The notes: generated by a model not told the origin, from the letters alone. Counted from the first letter of the stretch, positions 18,704 to 26,841 are shown. The stretch is DNA of 32,000 nt from an uncultured Clostridium sp. (GCA_948473335.1 CAOKXF010000003.1:97775-129774); one strand, 5' to 3'. Program-made: numbers and translations.

Positions 18704-19267
18704 TTAAGCACCAAAATCAACTTTTACATTTTTTCTAGCTTCATCATTATCAACCTTAAATAAATCACATGCTTTAAAATTAAACATACTAGCTATAATA
18801 TTGCTAGGAAATAATTCCAATTTTGTATTATATCTTGTTGCAGTATCATTATAAAATTGTCTTGAAAAAGATATTTTATTTTCTGTATTGCGTAGCTCTT
18901 CAGATAATTCTGAGAAATTTTGATTAGCTTTTAATTCTGGATAATTTTCAGAAACTGCCATAATTGTTTTTAATGCACCTGATAATTGATTATCAATTTC
19001 TGCTTTATCTGATATAGTTTGACTATTTGCCCAAGAAGTACGTAATTGAGTAATTTTTTCAAAAGTTGCTGCTTCATGTTTCATATAACCTTTAACAGTT
19101 TCAACAAAGTTAGGAATTAAATCAAATCTTCTTTGAAGTTGAACGTCAATTTGGCTCCATCCATTTTCAACTCTTTTTTGAAGAGTTTTTAATCCATTGT
19201 AAGTACTGATTATATATAATACAATTGCTATAACAACTGCCAGTATAATCCATCCAATAGTACCCAT
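18704..19267 (-). CDS. lemA: LemA family protein
   Basis: 187 aa with an N-terminal TM helix and then NGLKTLQKRVENGWSQIDVQLQRRFDLIPNFVETVKGY, typical of LemA. RBS AGGAGG is 7 nt upstream. It sits upstream of htpX, a common pairing. Confidence 0.9.
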   Translation of the reverse strand: MGTIGWIILAVVIAIVLYIISTYNGLKTLQKRVENGWSQIDVQLQRRFDLIPNFVETVKGYMKHEAATFEKITQLRTSWANSQTISDKAEIDNQLSGALKTIMAVSENYPELKANQNFSELSEELRNTENKISFSRQFYNDTATRYNTKLELFPSNIIASMFNFKACDLFKVDNDEARKNVKVDFGA

Positions 19268-19438
19268 AGTAAAACCTCCTTTTTAATACTATTTTGTTTA
19301 TGGAAACATAATAGCATAATAAGTAAAAATGTGCAATAAAAAAATATAAAAAAAAATTTTTGTCATAATTTAGTACAAGCAACATATAATATAGTATATA
19401 ACAATGTTTATGAAATATAAATGAAAAAAATTACAAAT

Positions 19439-19468
19439 TTGACAAAGAAAAAGAAAAGAGATATAATA
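19439..19468 (+). promoter_or_regulatory. Sigma-A type promoter for the 3D-domain gene
   Basis: TTGACA (19439-19444), 18-nt spacer, TATAAT (19463-19468), about 30 nt upstream of the ATG at 19500. Confidence 0.55.
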
Positions 19469-19499
19469 ATTTTGTCATAAAGGAGGTATATGATTTTTT

Positions 19500-20420
19500 A
19501 TGAAAAAAGAAGGAAAATCTTCTATTTCGATAATCAAAATCATTTGTGTAAGCTTAATACTTATAATCCTTTCAGGTGCTGGAGTTATAGCAATGACCAC
19601 TAAACTAAATACTGTTACCATAACACTATCAAATGGATATGAAATGACAGTATTAACCAATAAAACTAAGGTATCAGAAATACTAAAGGAAAACAATATC
19701 ATTATAGGAACTAATGAAAAAGTAACACCAAGTTTAGATGAAGAAATAGATATGAATAACACAATCAAAATATGTGATAAATCTATACAGGAAATACAAG
19801 TTGCTAAAATATCAGAAAATGGAGTAGAAACAACATTAAATGAAATATTAAGTAACTATTCACCAATAGTGGAAAAAATTATAGTAGAAGAAGTTGCAAT
19901 ACCTTATGAAACAATTACAAAAGATGAAACAAATGAAGAAGAACACATAAAAAATAAAGTAATTACTAAAGGTGAAGAAGGAATAAAATTAGTAACATTT
20001 AAAATAAAATATAAAGATAATGAAGAAATAAGTAGGACAGTACTATCAGAGATGGTTATAAAAGAACCAGTTGATAAAGTTGTGCAAGTACAAAAAGATA
20101 TAACATCAAGAGCAATAACAACTAGAACAACATCAAAAACAACAATATTTAGAGTTACGGGATACTGTTCATGCCAAAAATGTTGTGGTAAATTTTCATC
20201 AGGATATACATCTTCTGGAACTAAAGCAACATCAGGAAGAACAGTGGCAACATCATCACAATATGATTTTGGAACAAAATTATCAATAAATGGAAAGATA
20301 TATACAGTAGAAGATAGAGGAGGATCAATAACAGGAAATAAAATAGATATTTATTTTGATACACATGCTGAGGCAATAGCTTGGGGAGTAAAATATTTAC
20401 CTGTTGAAATAGTAGAATAA
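19500..20420 (+). CDS. DUF348-G5-3D domain cell-wall protein (YabE / RpfB-like architecture)
   Basis: N-terminal TM anchor. DUF348-like TVTITLSNGYEMTVLTNKTKVSEILKENNI. G5-like IPYETITKDE...KGEEGIKLVTFKIKYKDNEEISRTVL. C-terminal 3D domain FRVTGYCSCQKCCGKFSSGYTSSGTKATSGRTVA...DRGGSITGNKIDIYF. Confidence 0.85.
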   Translation: MKKEGKSSISIIKIICVSLILIILSGAGVIAMTTKLNTVTITLSNGYEMTVLTNKTKVSEILKENNIIIGTNEKVTPSLDEEIDMNNTIKICDKSIQEIQVAKISENGVETTLNEILSNYSPIVEKIIVEEVAIPYETITKDETNEEEHIKNKVITKGEEGIKLVTFKIKYKDNEEISRTVLSEMVIKEPVDKVVQVQKDITSRAITTRTTSKTTIFRVTGYCSCQKCCGKFSSGYTSSGTKATSGRTVATSSQYDFGTKLSINGKIYTVEDRGGSITGNKIDIYFDTHAEAIAWGVKYLPVEIVE

Positions 20421-20439
20421 TTTATATAAGTAATATATG

Positions 20440-20477
20440 AAGTCTTTTTGGTAATTAATCAAAAAGGCTTTTGATTT
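20440..20477 (+). terminator. Rho-independent terminator after the 3D-domain gene
   Basis: AAGTCTTTTTG (20440-20450) / CAAAAAGGCTT (20460-20470) forms an 11-bp stem with one T-G wobble, followed by TTGATTT. Confidence 0.65.
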
Positions 20478-20518
20478 GCAAGTATTTAGGAAATATACTA
20501 GAAAAAAAAACATTAGTG

Positions 20519-20527
20519 TGATATAAT
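20519..20527 (+). promoter_or_regulatory. Extended -10 element (TGaTATAAT) upstream of xth
   Basis: TG at 20519-20520 and TATAAT at 20522-20527, 27 nt upstream of the ATG at 20554. No good -35 element. Confidence 0.4.
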
Positions 20528-20553
20528 CACCAAAAGTGAAAGGAAAAAAATAA

Positions 20554-21309
20554 ATGAAATTAATATCTTGGAATGTAAATGGAATAAGGGCATGTATGAC
20601 AAAAGGTTTTATAGAGTTTTTCAATGAAATAGGTGCAGATATATTTTGTATACAAGAGACAAAGTGTCAGATAAATCAAGTAGAATTAGAATTTAATGGA
20701 TATAAGAGTTTTTGGAATAGTGCAGAAAAAAAAGGATATTCAGGAACAGCAATATTTACAAAAAAAGAACCAATAAGTGTTACTTGTGGAATAGGAATAG
20801 AGGAGCATGATAAAGAGGGAAGGATAATAACATTAGAATTTGAAAAATTTTATTTAGTAAATAATTATACACCAAATTCAAAGAGAGAATTAGAAAGACT
20901 AGAATATAGAATGATTTGGGAGGATGAAATTAAGAATTATTTATTAACGTTAAAAAAGAGAAAACCTGTTATAATGTGTGGAGACTTAAATGTAGCACAT
21001 AAGGAAATAGATTTAAAAAATCCAAAATCAAATAGAAGAAATGCAGGATTTACAGATGAAGAAAGGAAAAAGATGACGGACTTATTACAATCAGGATTTA
21101 TAGATACATTTAGATATATATATCCAGACAAAGAAAATGAATATAGTTGGTGGTCATATATGGGAAAAGCAAGAGAAAAGAATATAGGCTGGAGGATAGA
21201 TTATTTTATAACATCAAATGATATTAAACAAAATATACAAGATGCAAAAATACACCAAAAGATAATGGGAAGTGACCACTGCCCAGTAGAATTAGATATA
21301 GAGTTATAA
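20554..21309 (+). CDS. xth: Exodeoxyribonuclease III (AP endonuclease, Xth/ExoA family)
   Basis: 251 aa. MKLISWNVNGIRA, FCIQETK, GYSGTAIF, CGDLNVAH and a C-terminal GSDHCPV motif. Confidence 0.95.
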   Translation: MKLISWNVNGIRACMTKGFIEFFNEIGADIFCIQETKCQINQVELEFNGYKSFWNSAEKKGYSGTAIFTKKEPISVTCGIGIEEHDKEGRIITLEFEKFYLVNNYTPNSKRELERLEYRMIWEDEIKNYLLTLKKRKPVIMCGDLNVAHKEIDLKNPKSNRRNAGFTDEERKKMTDLLQSGFIDTFRYIYPDKENEYSWWSYMGKAREKNIGWRIDYFITSNDIKQNIQDAKIHQKIMGSDHCPVELDIEL

Positions 21310-21394
21310 TATTTATAGTATGAGATAATTATAAACATATAAAATTCAATAGAATTAATATAAAATAAATTAAATTAACAAGAAAGGATAAAGT

Positions 21395-22552
21395 ATGAAC
21401 GAATTAAAAAAGAATTTTTCAAAATGGGTTTATTGGTTTTTATTTGCTGTATGTGTAATTATAGTATACAATATTATAGGTAATTTCGCACAAGTAACAT
21501 TGTCAATAGGTAAGTTTTTTAGAATAATATCTCCATTTTTAATGGGAATGTTGATTGCATATATATTATATATACCAGCATCAGGAATTGAGAAAAGATT
21601 AAGGAAAAGCAAATTTAAATTAATATCAAAAAAGGCAAGAGGGTTGAGTGTTTTAATTGCATATATCATAGCAGTTATAATAATTGTTATAATCATGAAT
21701 GTAGTATTACCAATAGTAATTGAAAGTATAGTAGAATTAGTTAATAATTTTCAAGGATATTATGATAGATTATTAGATGATTATTCAAAATTACCAGAAG
21801 ATTCATTTATAAAAAGTGAACAGGTAAATCAAATATTGAATTCAATAAAGAATATAAATTTAGCAGATTATATTAATGTAGAGAAAATAATGGAATATGC
21901 AAAAGGCGCAATTTCAATTGTAACAAGTGTGTTTGATGCTTTTGTAACAATAATAGTATCAATATATGCATTGCTTGAAAGAGGAAATATCATGAAATTT
22001 GCTAAAAAAGTTACATATACAATATTTGGCGAAAATACAAGTAAGAAAATTGGGAAATATTTTGACAGTACAAATCATATATTCTTCAAATTTTTAGCAA
22101 GTCAATTAATAGACGCAATTATAGTAGGTATTATGATTACAGTAGCTTTAAGTCTAATGAGAATAAAATATGCTGTGTTAATAGGATTTATGATAGGATT
22201 ATTTAATATAATTCCATATTTTGGTGCAATTGTTGCAGTAGCATTATCGATTTTAATTACTCTTATAACAGGAGGATTTACACAAGCAGTTTGGATGTCA
22301 ATAGTTGTTATCATATTACAACAAATTGATGCTAACATAATTAATCCAAAGATAGTAGGAAATTCATTAGAAATAAGTGCTTTACTTATAATTTTTGCAG
22401 TAACTGTGGGAGGTGCATATTTTGGAATATTAGGAATGTTCCTTGCAGTACCTGTTGCTGCAGTATTGAAGATACTAATTAATGATTATATAGAATATAA
22501 GGAGAAAGTAAGAGAATTAAAAACTCTAGAAAAAAGTGAACCTAAATTTTAG
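21395..22552 (+). CDS. AI-2E family transporter (PerM/UPF0118 permease)
   Basis: 385 aa polytopic protein with the characteristic C-terminal half IPYFGAIVAVALSILITL...QQIDANIINPKIVGNSLEISALLIIFAV. Confidence 0.8.
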   Translation: MNELKKNFSKWVYWFLFAVCVIIVYNIIGNFAQVTLSIGKFFRIISPFLMGMLIAYILYIPASGIEKRLRKSKFKLISKKARGLSVLIAYIIAVIIIVIIMNVVLPIVIESIVELVNNFQGYYDRLLDDYSKLPEDSFIKSEQVNQILNSIKNINLADYINVEKIMEYAKGAISIVTSVFDAFVTIIVSIYALLERGNIMKFAKKVTYTIFGENTSKKIGKYFDSTNHIFFKFLASQLIDAIIVGIMITVALSLMRIKYAVLIGFMIGLFNIIPYFGAIVAVALSILITLITGGFTQAVWMSIVVIILQQIDANIINPKIVGNSLEISALLIIFAVTVGGAYFGILGMFLAVPVAAVLKILINDYIEYKEKVRELKTLEKSEPKF

Positions 22553-22562
22553 ACAATAAAGT

Positions 22563-22593
22563 AAGAATGTAATCCATTAAGGATTACATTCTT
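22563..22593. terminator. Hairpin shared by the convergent AI-2E and small-export genes
   Basis: Perfect 13-bp arms AAGAATGTAATCC (22563-22575) / GGATTACATTCTT (22581-22593) with a 5-nt loop. It overlaps the last codons of the minus-strand gene. U-tracts are poor on both sides. Confidence 0.5.
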
Positions 22594-23087
22594 TGTATTA
22601 AGTATTGAATTCCTCCATTTGCAACAGCTGTAAGCATTAATACGATTATACCAGCTGTAAAGACTCCTAAAAAAATAGGAGGCATTGCTTTTTTGGGTTC
22701 TAAGTCTAAGAAATTTGCTATTAATGAACCTACCCATGCGCCTGTTCCAGGAAGCGGAATTGCAACAAATAGAAATAGTGTTGTAAATACAACTGTTCTT
22801 ATTTTTGGATTTTCTGATATTTTTTTGTTTGCTTTGTTAGTTGCCCAGTCTATAACCATTTTGAAAGGTTTCCATCTTCCAAAAAAGTTGAATAATGGTT
22901 TTATGTATTTTACTATAAAATATACTGGTAAAATATTGCCTATAAAACTGAATATGAATGCTTCTATGTATGTTAGATGAAATGTGAATACTCCTACAGG
23001 TATTGCACCTCGCAATTCAATTATTGGTACCATTCCTATGCCAGCTGTTAATAAATATCGTACTATTATTGGTAAATTTGTTAACAT
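22584..23087 (-). CDS. Putative small multidrug export protein (Sm_multidrug_ex / COG2426 family)
   Basis: 167 aa membrane protein. The N-terminus has GMVPIIELRGAIPVG, typical of this family, and later LPGTGAWVGSLIA. RBS GGAGGAA precedes the ATG. Confidence 0.7.
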   Translation of the reverse strand: MLTNLPIIVRYLLTAGIGMVPIIELRGAIPVGVFTFHLTYIEAFIFSFIGNILPVYFIVKYIKPLFNFFGRWKPFKMVIDWATNKANKKISENPKIRTVVFTTLFLFVAIPLPGTGAWVGSLIANFLDLEPKKAMPPIFLGVFTAGIIVLMLTAVANGGIQYLIQRM

Positions 23088-23202
23088 TTTTATTCCTCCA
23101 TTTTATTTTATTAACATATTTGAAATTTTATAATAATATTTTTAAAATGTCTATAAAATATCTGAAAAATGTAATAAAAAAAGAAAAAATGTTAAAAAAA
23201 TC

Positions 23203-23231
23203 TTGAAAAATTGTAAGTATCACAGTATAAT
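23203..23231 (+). promoter_or_regulatory. Sigma-A promoter of tRNA-Arg
   Basis: TTGAAA (23203-23208), 17-nt spacer, TATAAT (23226-23231), 25 nt upstream of the mature tRNA 5' end. Confidence 0.7.
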
Positions 23232-23255
23232 ATTAAAGTAATATTTTTATTATAT

Positions 23256-23332
23256 GCGACTGTAGCTTAGCTGGATAGAGCACTCGGCTACGAACCGAGA
23301 GGTCGGGGATTCGAATTCCTCCAGTCGCACCA
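23256..23332 (+). tRNA. tRNA-Arg (anticodon ACG), CCA encoded
   Basis: Acceptor stem GCGACTG (23256-23262) / CAGTCGC (23322-23328), discriminator A, CCA at 23330-23332. Anticodon stem CTCGG/CCGAG with loop CTACGAA, anticodon ACG at 23290-23292. T-loop is TTCGAAT. Confidence 0.95.
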
Positions 23333-23333
23333 T

Positions 23334-23365
23334 ACTCTCAAGCAAGTTTGAGAGTTTTTATTTTT
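23334..23365 (+). terminator. Rho-independent terminator of the tRNA transcript
   Basis: ACTCTCAA (23334-23341) / TTGAGAGT (23348-23355) with loop GCAAGT, followed by a T-run and ATTTTT. It overlaps the 3' end of the minus-strand integrase reading frame. Confidence 0.65.
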
Positions 23366-24733
23366 CTCTTTGCTGTAAATATTTTCTCCTTATTTTGACT
23401 ACTTTTCCCCTGAAATTGTTCAAAATTTACTCTTTCAAATTCTTTTTTCTTTCGCTCTTCTGATACATGAATATAGTAAAAGTCTGTAGTTTCAAATTCA
23501 GCATGTCCCATTAATTTTCTTAAAACTTCTTTATCCATACCTTTTTTCACTCATTAAAGTTGCAAAAGAATGTCTAAATCCATAAATTGTCATGTGTTCT
23601 AGCTTATGCTTTTTAATAAATTCTGTAATCTTTTTTGTTAATCTCTCTGGAACATACGGAGTTCCAATAGTATTTAAAAATACATATTCGTTATTATCCC
23701 ACTCTTGTCCATATTGTAGATTATTCATTTTCTCTCTTTTTAAGTTTAATAACATTTCTTTTAATCTTGGTATCATAGGTATATTACGATAACTTTCTGT
23801 AGTTTTTAAATCTCCATCAGTTATAATATGTCCTGTAATATTAATTTCATCATCATATAATGTAATATCTTTGTAAGCATTTTCTACTTTGATTTTGTTT
23901 TGATTAAAGTGAACTGATTTCCATTTTAACCCACAACCTTCTTCTGGTCGCATACCTGTTTGAAGTAATGTAGCAAAAAGCAATGCAAATGGTCTTTTAT
24001 CTTCTTCGCATACATCAAGCCATACTTTTTGCCTATCTTCTGGTAAATAACATACTTTTGCTACCTTTGCTCTTTTCTTCTTTTGAAATTTTAAATTAAA
24101 GTTTGGAACTTCTTTTATTAAGCCTTTTTTATCTTTAGCATAAGTCAATACTGCTCTAATAAGCAAAAATAAATCTTTAGCAAGCCTAGGTGTTTTCTGC
24201 CTTTTCTCATTGATATAGTTCTCTACTAAATCTTTACTAATTTCGCTAACATGATATTTTTCAAAATCTACCATAACATGATTTTTAATAGTGTTTATAT
24301 AGGTTTCTACTGTTTTTAAGCTAATTGTTTTATTAGTAGTAGGATTAACTTGATTCTTTTTCCAATTAAGCCATTCTTTTGCTATATTTGGGAATAACGT
24401 ATAATCATCTGCTAGTAACTCTATTTTTCGTTTTGCTTTTTCTTCACTAAATTCAGTAAATTTACTTAATTCTGATGAACATTCTTCTGTAAATACTTTA
24501 ACATTAGGAATTATGCTATTCCTTTTAATATCGAAATATACATCAGTAATTAATTCTCCTAACCTTTTTCTTGCCTCTTTTTCATTTCTTGCTGTCCTTG
24601 ATAATCTCGGATTTTTATCAACTCCTTCTATAATTGAATTAAGGGAAATAGTTACTCTTGCCTCATAACTATTTCCTTTTTTTCTTATTGTAACTGTTCC
24701 TTTTGGTGCTCTTTGTCTATTTATTTTTTCCAT
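23338..24733 (-). pseudogene. int: Tyrosine recombinase / phage integrase, disrupted by a 1-nt frameshift in an A6 run
   Basis: The N-terminal ORF (likely start ATG 24733, preceded by GGAAGGAG) ends ...IYGFRHSFATLMSEKRYG* at 23531. The overlapping ORF 23338-23550 continues (V)KKGMDKEVLRKLMGHAEFETTDFYYIHV. Removing one A from the run (plus-strand T6 at 23542-23547) gives RHSFATLMSEKGMDKEVLRKLMGH...Y, the canonical R-H-R-H/Y box arrangement. Confidence 0.85.
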
Positions 24734-24858
24734 TGAATAACTCCTTCCAAATAAGTTTAAAAAATCTAAATAGTTCAAGGGCACAAAACTTAATATCTAA
24801 ACATATCTTATCACGTTTGAAACAAGAAATCAGCCCTTTTTTCTAATTACTAATAAAA

Positions 24859-25062
24859 TCAATAGTCGTCATACTTACCACAGTTCTCCTCAAACCATTT
24901 TGGTAACAATTCTTTATTAATAATAATCTTGCGTTTAAATCTAACTGCTGGAAAACCTTCTACTTTAACTAATTTCAACATTGAATTTCTACCTATACCT
25001 AACATTTTTCTTGCTTCATCTACAGTTAATCCTAACCTTTCATTTTCTTTATTTGTTGTCAA
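24859..25062 (-). CDS. xis: Excisionase-family helix-turn-helix DNA-binding protein
   Basis: 67 aa with a TTG start preceded by a G-rich SD. LTVDEARKMLGIGRNSMLKLVKVEGFPAVRFKRKIIINKELLPKWFEE matches the HTH_17/excisionase pattern. It lies directly upstream of int on the same strand. Confidence 0.75.
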   Translation of the reverse strand: MTTNKENERLGLTVDEARKMLGIGRNSMLKLVKVEGFPAVRFKRKIIINKELLPKWFEENCGKYDDY

Positions 25063-25149
25063 TGTAGATTTCCCCCCCTTTCTTAAATTAGTAAGAGTAA
25101 AATTACTTCTATATTAGATATGTTCCAAGTCGATACTTAAAATAAGTTC

Positions 25150-25450
25150 CAAAACAGGCTCCAAAATGTAATATTCTTAGAAAAATTTTTAAAATTTACC
25201 CTTCTAATAAGTAAATGCCATCAAAATTTATAAAAGGTATAATTCATAAAAAATTCATTAAACTTTTTTATAATTAAAGTTTTTACCCTCCACTAGGTAA
25301 ATGCCATCATTTTTCAAAAAAGTGGTAATTTTCTAAAAATTTATTTAAATTTTTTATCTAATATTTCACTCTCCACTAGGTATATGTAATCCAATATCAA
25401 AAAGTCGGAAATTTTTTGAAAAATTTTTGAAATTGATTCATTTTTAAAAC
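25150..25450 (+). repeat. Degenerate tandem direct repeats, period about 82-87 bp, 3 full copies plus 1 partial
   Basis: Core module TTTACCC(T)TC..TA.GTAAATGCCATCA begins at 25195, 25282 and 25364 (the third copy is more diverged: TTTCACTCTCCACTAGGTATATGTAATCCA). Each core is followed by an A/T-rich module CAAAAA(A)GTGGTAATTTTCTAAAAATTT. A variant of that A/T-rich module alone also occurs at about 25161-25194. Confidence 0.85.
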
Positions 25451-25531
25451 TAGTTTGTATTAATTTTATATACTTTTATAGAATTTTTTGATATAATCTG
25501 TATTAGACAACTAGTAATTTATAATTTTTTA

Positions 25532-25720
25532 TTACTATCTAGTACAGGAATAGACACAGATTATATCCTATATGGAAAGGGTGAAAACAGTAAATTACAA
25601 GTAAGAGAAACTTTACTTGATATTATCGATAAAAGCGACAAAGAAGAACTAAAAATGTACTATAAATGTATTTCAACAATTAAGAGCTATGTAACTAAAA
25701 AAGATAAAAATAATGGATAA
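25532..25720 (+). pseudogene. 3' remnant of an XRE/Cro-CI-type HTH regulator gene (no start codon)
   Basis: The frame opens just after a TAA and reads LLSSTGIDTDYILYGKGENSKLQVRETLLDIIDKSDKEELKMYYKCISTIKSY... The (S/T)G(I/V)xxDY(I/L)L.G motif is the end of an XRE HTH domain. There is no ATG, GTG or TTG at the 5' end and no RBS. Confidence 0.6.
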
Positions 25721-25748
25721 CAATTTGAATATTGTTATCTTTTGTGTT
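25716..25748 (+). terminator. Rho-independent terminator of the regulator remnant
   Basis: GATAACAAT (25716-25724) / ATTGTTATC (25731-25739) with loop TTGAAT, followed by TTTTGTGTT. Confidence 0.7.
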
Positions 25749-25944
25749 ATATTATGATAAGACAATTAGAAAACACATTAACAATGCTCTTAAATAAGAA
25801 TTAAAAGATGAAATGGTTATCGCAAAATTTGAGAATACCACTTTACATGGTGCAATTTAAGAGTAATAGAATTTGTTGTACATAGCAGTATTTATTTTAT
25901 TGCAGGAAAAATAAAAAAGAAAAAGTTTTTTGGAGGAATTTCAA

Positions 25945-26841
25945 ATGAAAACAAAAATTTTAATTTTAAGTGCCATAATTTTAAGTGCCATAATTTTATC
26001 TGTGAGTATATTCTTTATTACTCGAGATAGAAACAATGATTCTTCAAGTTCAATGGGAGAAGAATTTTATGAATCAGAAGAAGTAAGAGAAGAAGCCTTA
26101 GCATATCAACAACAGTATTTCTCAGAACTTGTAGATATTGCAGAGTCTATAAACGTTAAAATTGATGCTCTGATAAATAAAACTATATCAAATTTACCAC
26201 AGATTCCAGTAGAAAAGAATGATGAGCTTGATATGCTATACTCTAAATTTGATGAACTAAGAGCTGAGAAGATTATAATACCAGAGAAACCATCAGACAA
26301 TACATTATTAGAATATGACAAAGCAATTGGACAATTAGAGCTTGATTTACTTGAATTTGATGAACATTTACTTTATCAATTATCAATAGATGGAAAGAAT
26401 GGGACAGGAAATTCGTTCGAGCGTCATCTTAATTATGTGATTGAATATGGGCATTTTGAAAGAATTTGTGGAAAACAGATTGATAAGATAAAAAAGATTG
26501 GTACTAACTATTCTACTCAAACACAAATTTCAGAAGCAAAGAAACATTTCAAAGCAGGCGATAAGTTTAAAAGTACACATTTACAAGGTACATATTATAT
26601 AATCAGTTATTTAAAAATTATTGATGATACTCATTATGAATGGTATGATGGTTATAGTGATTCTACTGGCGAGCATATAGATTCAAAACCAGTGAAATCT
26701 GGAACTTGGACTATTGGCAACTATTATGGAGGTTTAGGAATTGTTCTATATTCAGAAGGAGAAGCAACTAGACATTGGGTTATCTCAGATGATTATAATC
26801 AATTAACTGGAGACGGCGGTGATATTTATATAAGACAATAA
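25945..26841 (+). CDS. Hypothetical membrane-anchored protein (no recognisable domain)
   Basis: ATG 25945 lies 8 nt after GGAGG (25932-25936) and is preferred over the TTG at 25930 in the ORF track. It has an N-terminal hydrophobic anchor, an acidic helical region and a Tyr/Gly-rich C-terminal domain. A strong terminator lies downstream. Confidence 0.7.
   Translation: MKTKILILSAIILSAIILSVSIFFITRDRNNDSSSSMGEEFYESEEVREEALAYQQQYFSELVDIAESINVKIDALINKTISNLPQIPVEKNDELDMLYSKFDELRAEKIIIPEKPSDNTLLEYDKAIGQLELDLLEFDEHLLYQLSIDGKNGTGNSFERHLNYVIEYGHFERICGKQIDKIKKIGTNYSTQTQISEAKKHFKAGDKFKSTHLQGTYYIISYLKIIDDTHYEWYDGYSDSTGEHIDSKPVKSGTWTIGNYYGGLGIVLYSEGEATRHWVISDDYNQLTGDGGDIYIRQ
25963..25992 (+). repeat. Perfect 15-bp tandem duplication (ATTTTAAGTGCCATA x2) in the membrane-anchor coding region
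   Basis: Units at 25963-25977 and 25978-25992, followed by a partial third ATTTTAT. They encode ILSAI-ILSAI-ILS. Confidence 0.95.

Larger units (their letters stand above)
23333..25748. mobile_element. Integration/regulation module of a tRNA-Arg-linked integrative element (int, xis, repeat array, regulator remnant). The right-hand end of the element is undetermined
   Basis: A tyrosine integrase ends 6 nt from the tRNA 3' end, followed by an excisionase-type HTH gene, a repeat array and an XRE-type fragment. This is the classic layout of a phage, ICE or PICI-like island inserted at a tRNA. Confidence 0.6.

Noticed and set aside
19268-19499. Possible c-di-AMP (ydaO-type) riboswitch upstream of the 3D-domain cell-wall gene
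   Set aside because: The region is almost pure A/T with a plain TTGACA-18-TATAAT promoter about 30 nt from the start. There is no room or G/C content for the large pseudo-symmetric ydaO fold.
22693-23206. Plus-strand ORFs 22693-22980 and 23003-23206
   Set aside because: The first is antisense to the small multidrug export gene. The second spans that gene's 5' end and the tRNA promoter region with a low-complexity translation.
24734-24784. Upstream extension (MPLNYLDFLNLFGRSYS) of the integrase ORF
   Set aside because: The internal ATG at 24733 is preceded by GGAAGGAG at proper spacing and begins MEKINRQRAPKG. The extension has no RBS.
25195-25392. Repeat core as reiterated att sites derived from the tRNA-Arg 3' end (CCTCCACTAGG versus CCTCCAGTCGC)
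   Set aside because: Only about 9 of 17 positions match beyond the shared CCTCCA hexamer, which is not distinguishable from chance by eye.
25150-25450. CRISPR array interpretation of the repeat region
   Set aside because: The sequences between the 28-bp cores are homologous to each other, so the whole ~85-bp unit repeats. The repeats are degenerate rather than near-identical, there are only 3-4 units, and there are no cas genes.
25808-25885. 25-codon ORF MKWLSQNLRIPLYMVQFKSNRICCT between the regulator remnant and the orphan gene
   Set aside because: It has no RBS and no recognisable motif, and its length is within chance expectation.
25930-25944. TTG start at 25930 given by the ORF track for the orphan protein
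   Set aside because: The GGAGG at 25932-25936 would then lie inside the ORF. The ATG at 25945, 8 nt downstream of it, is the better-supported start.
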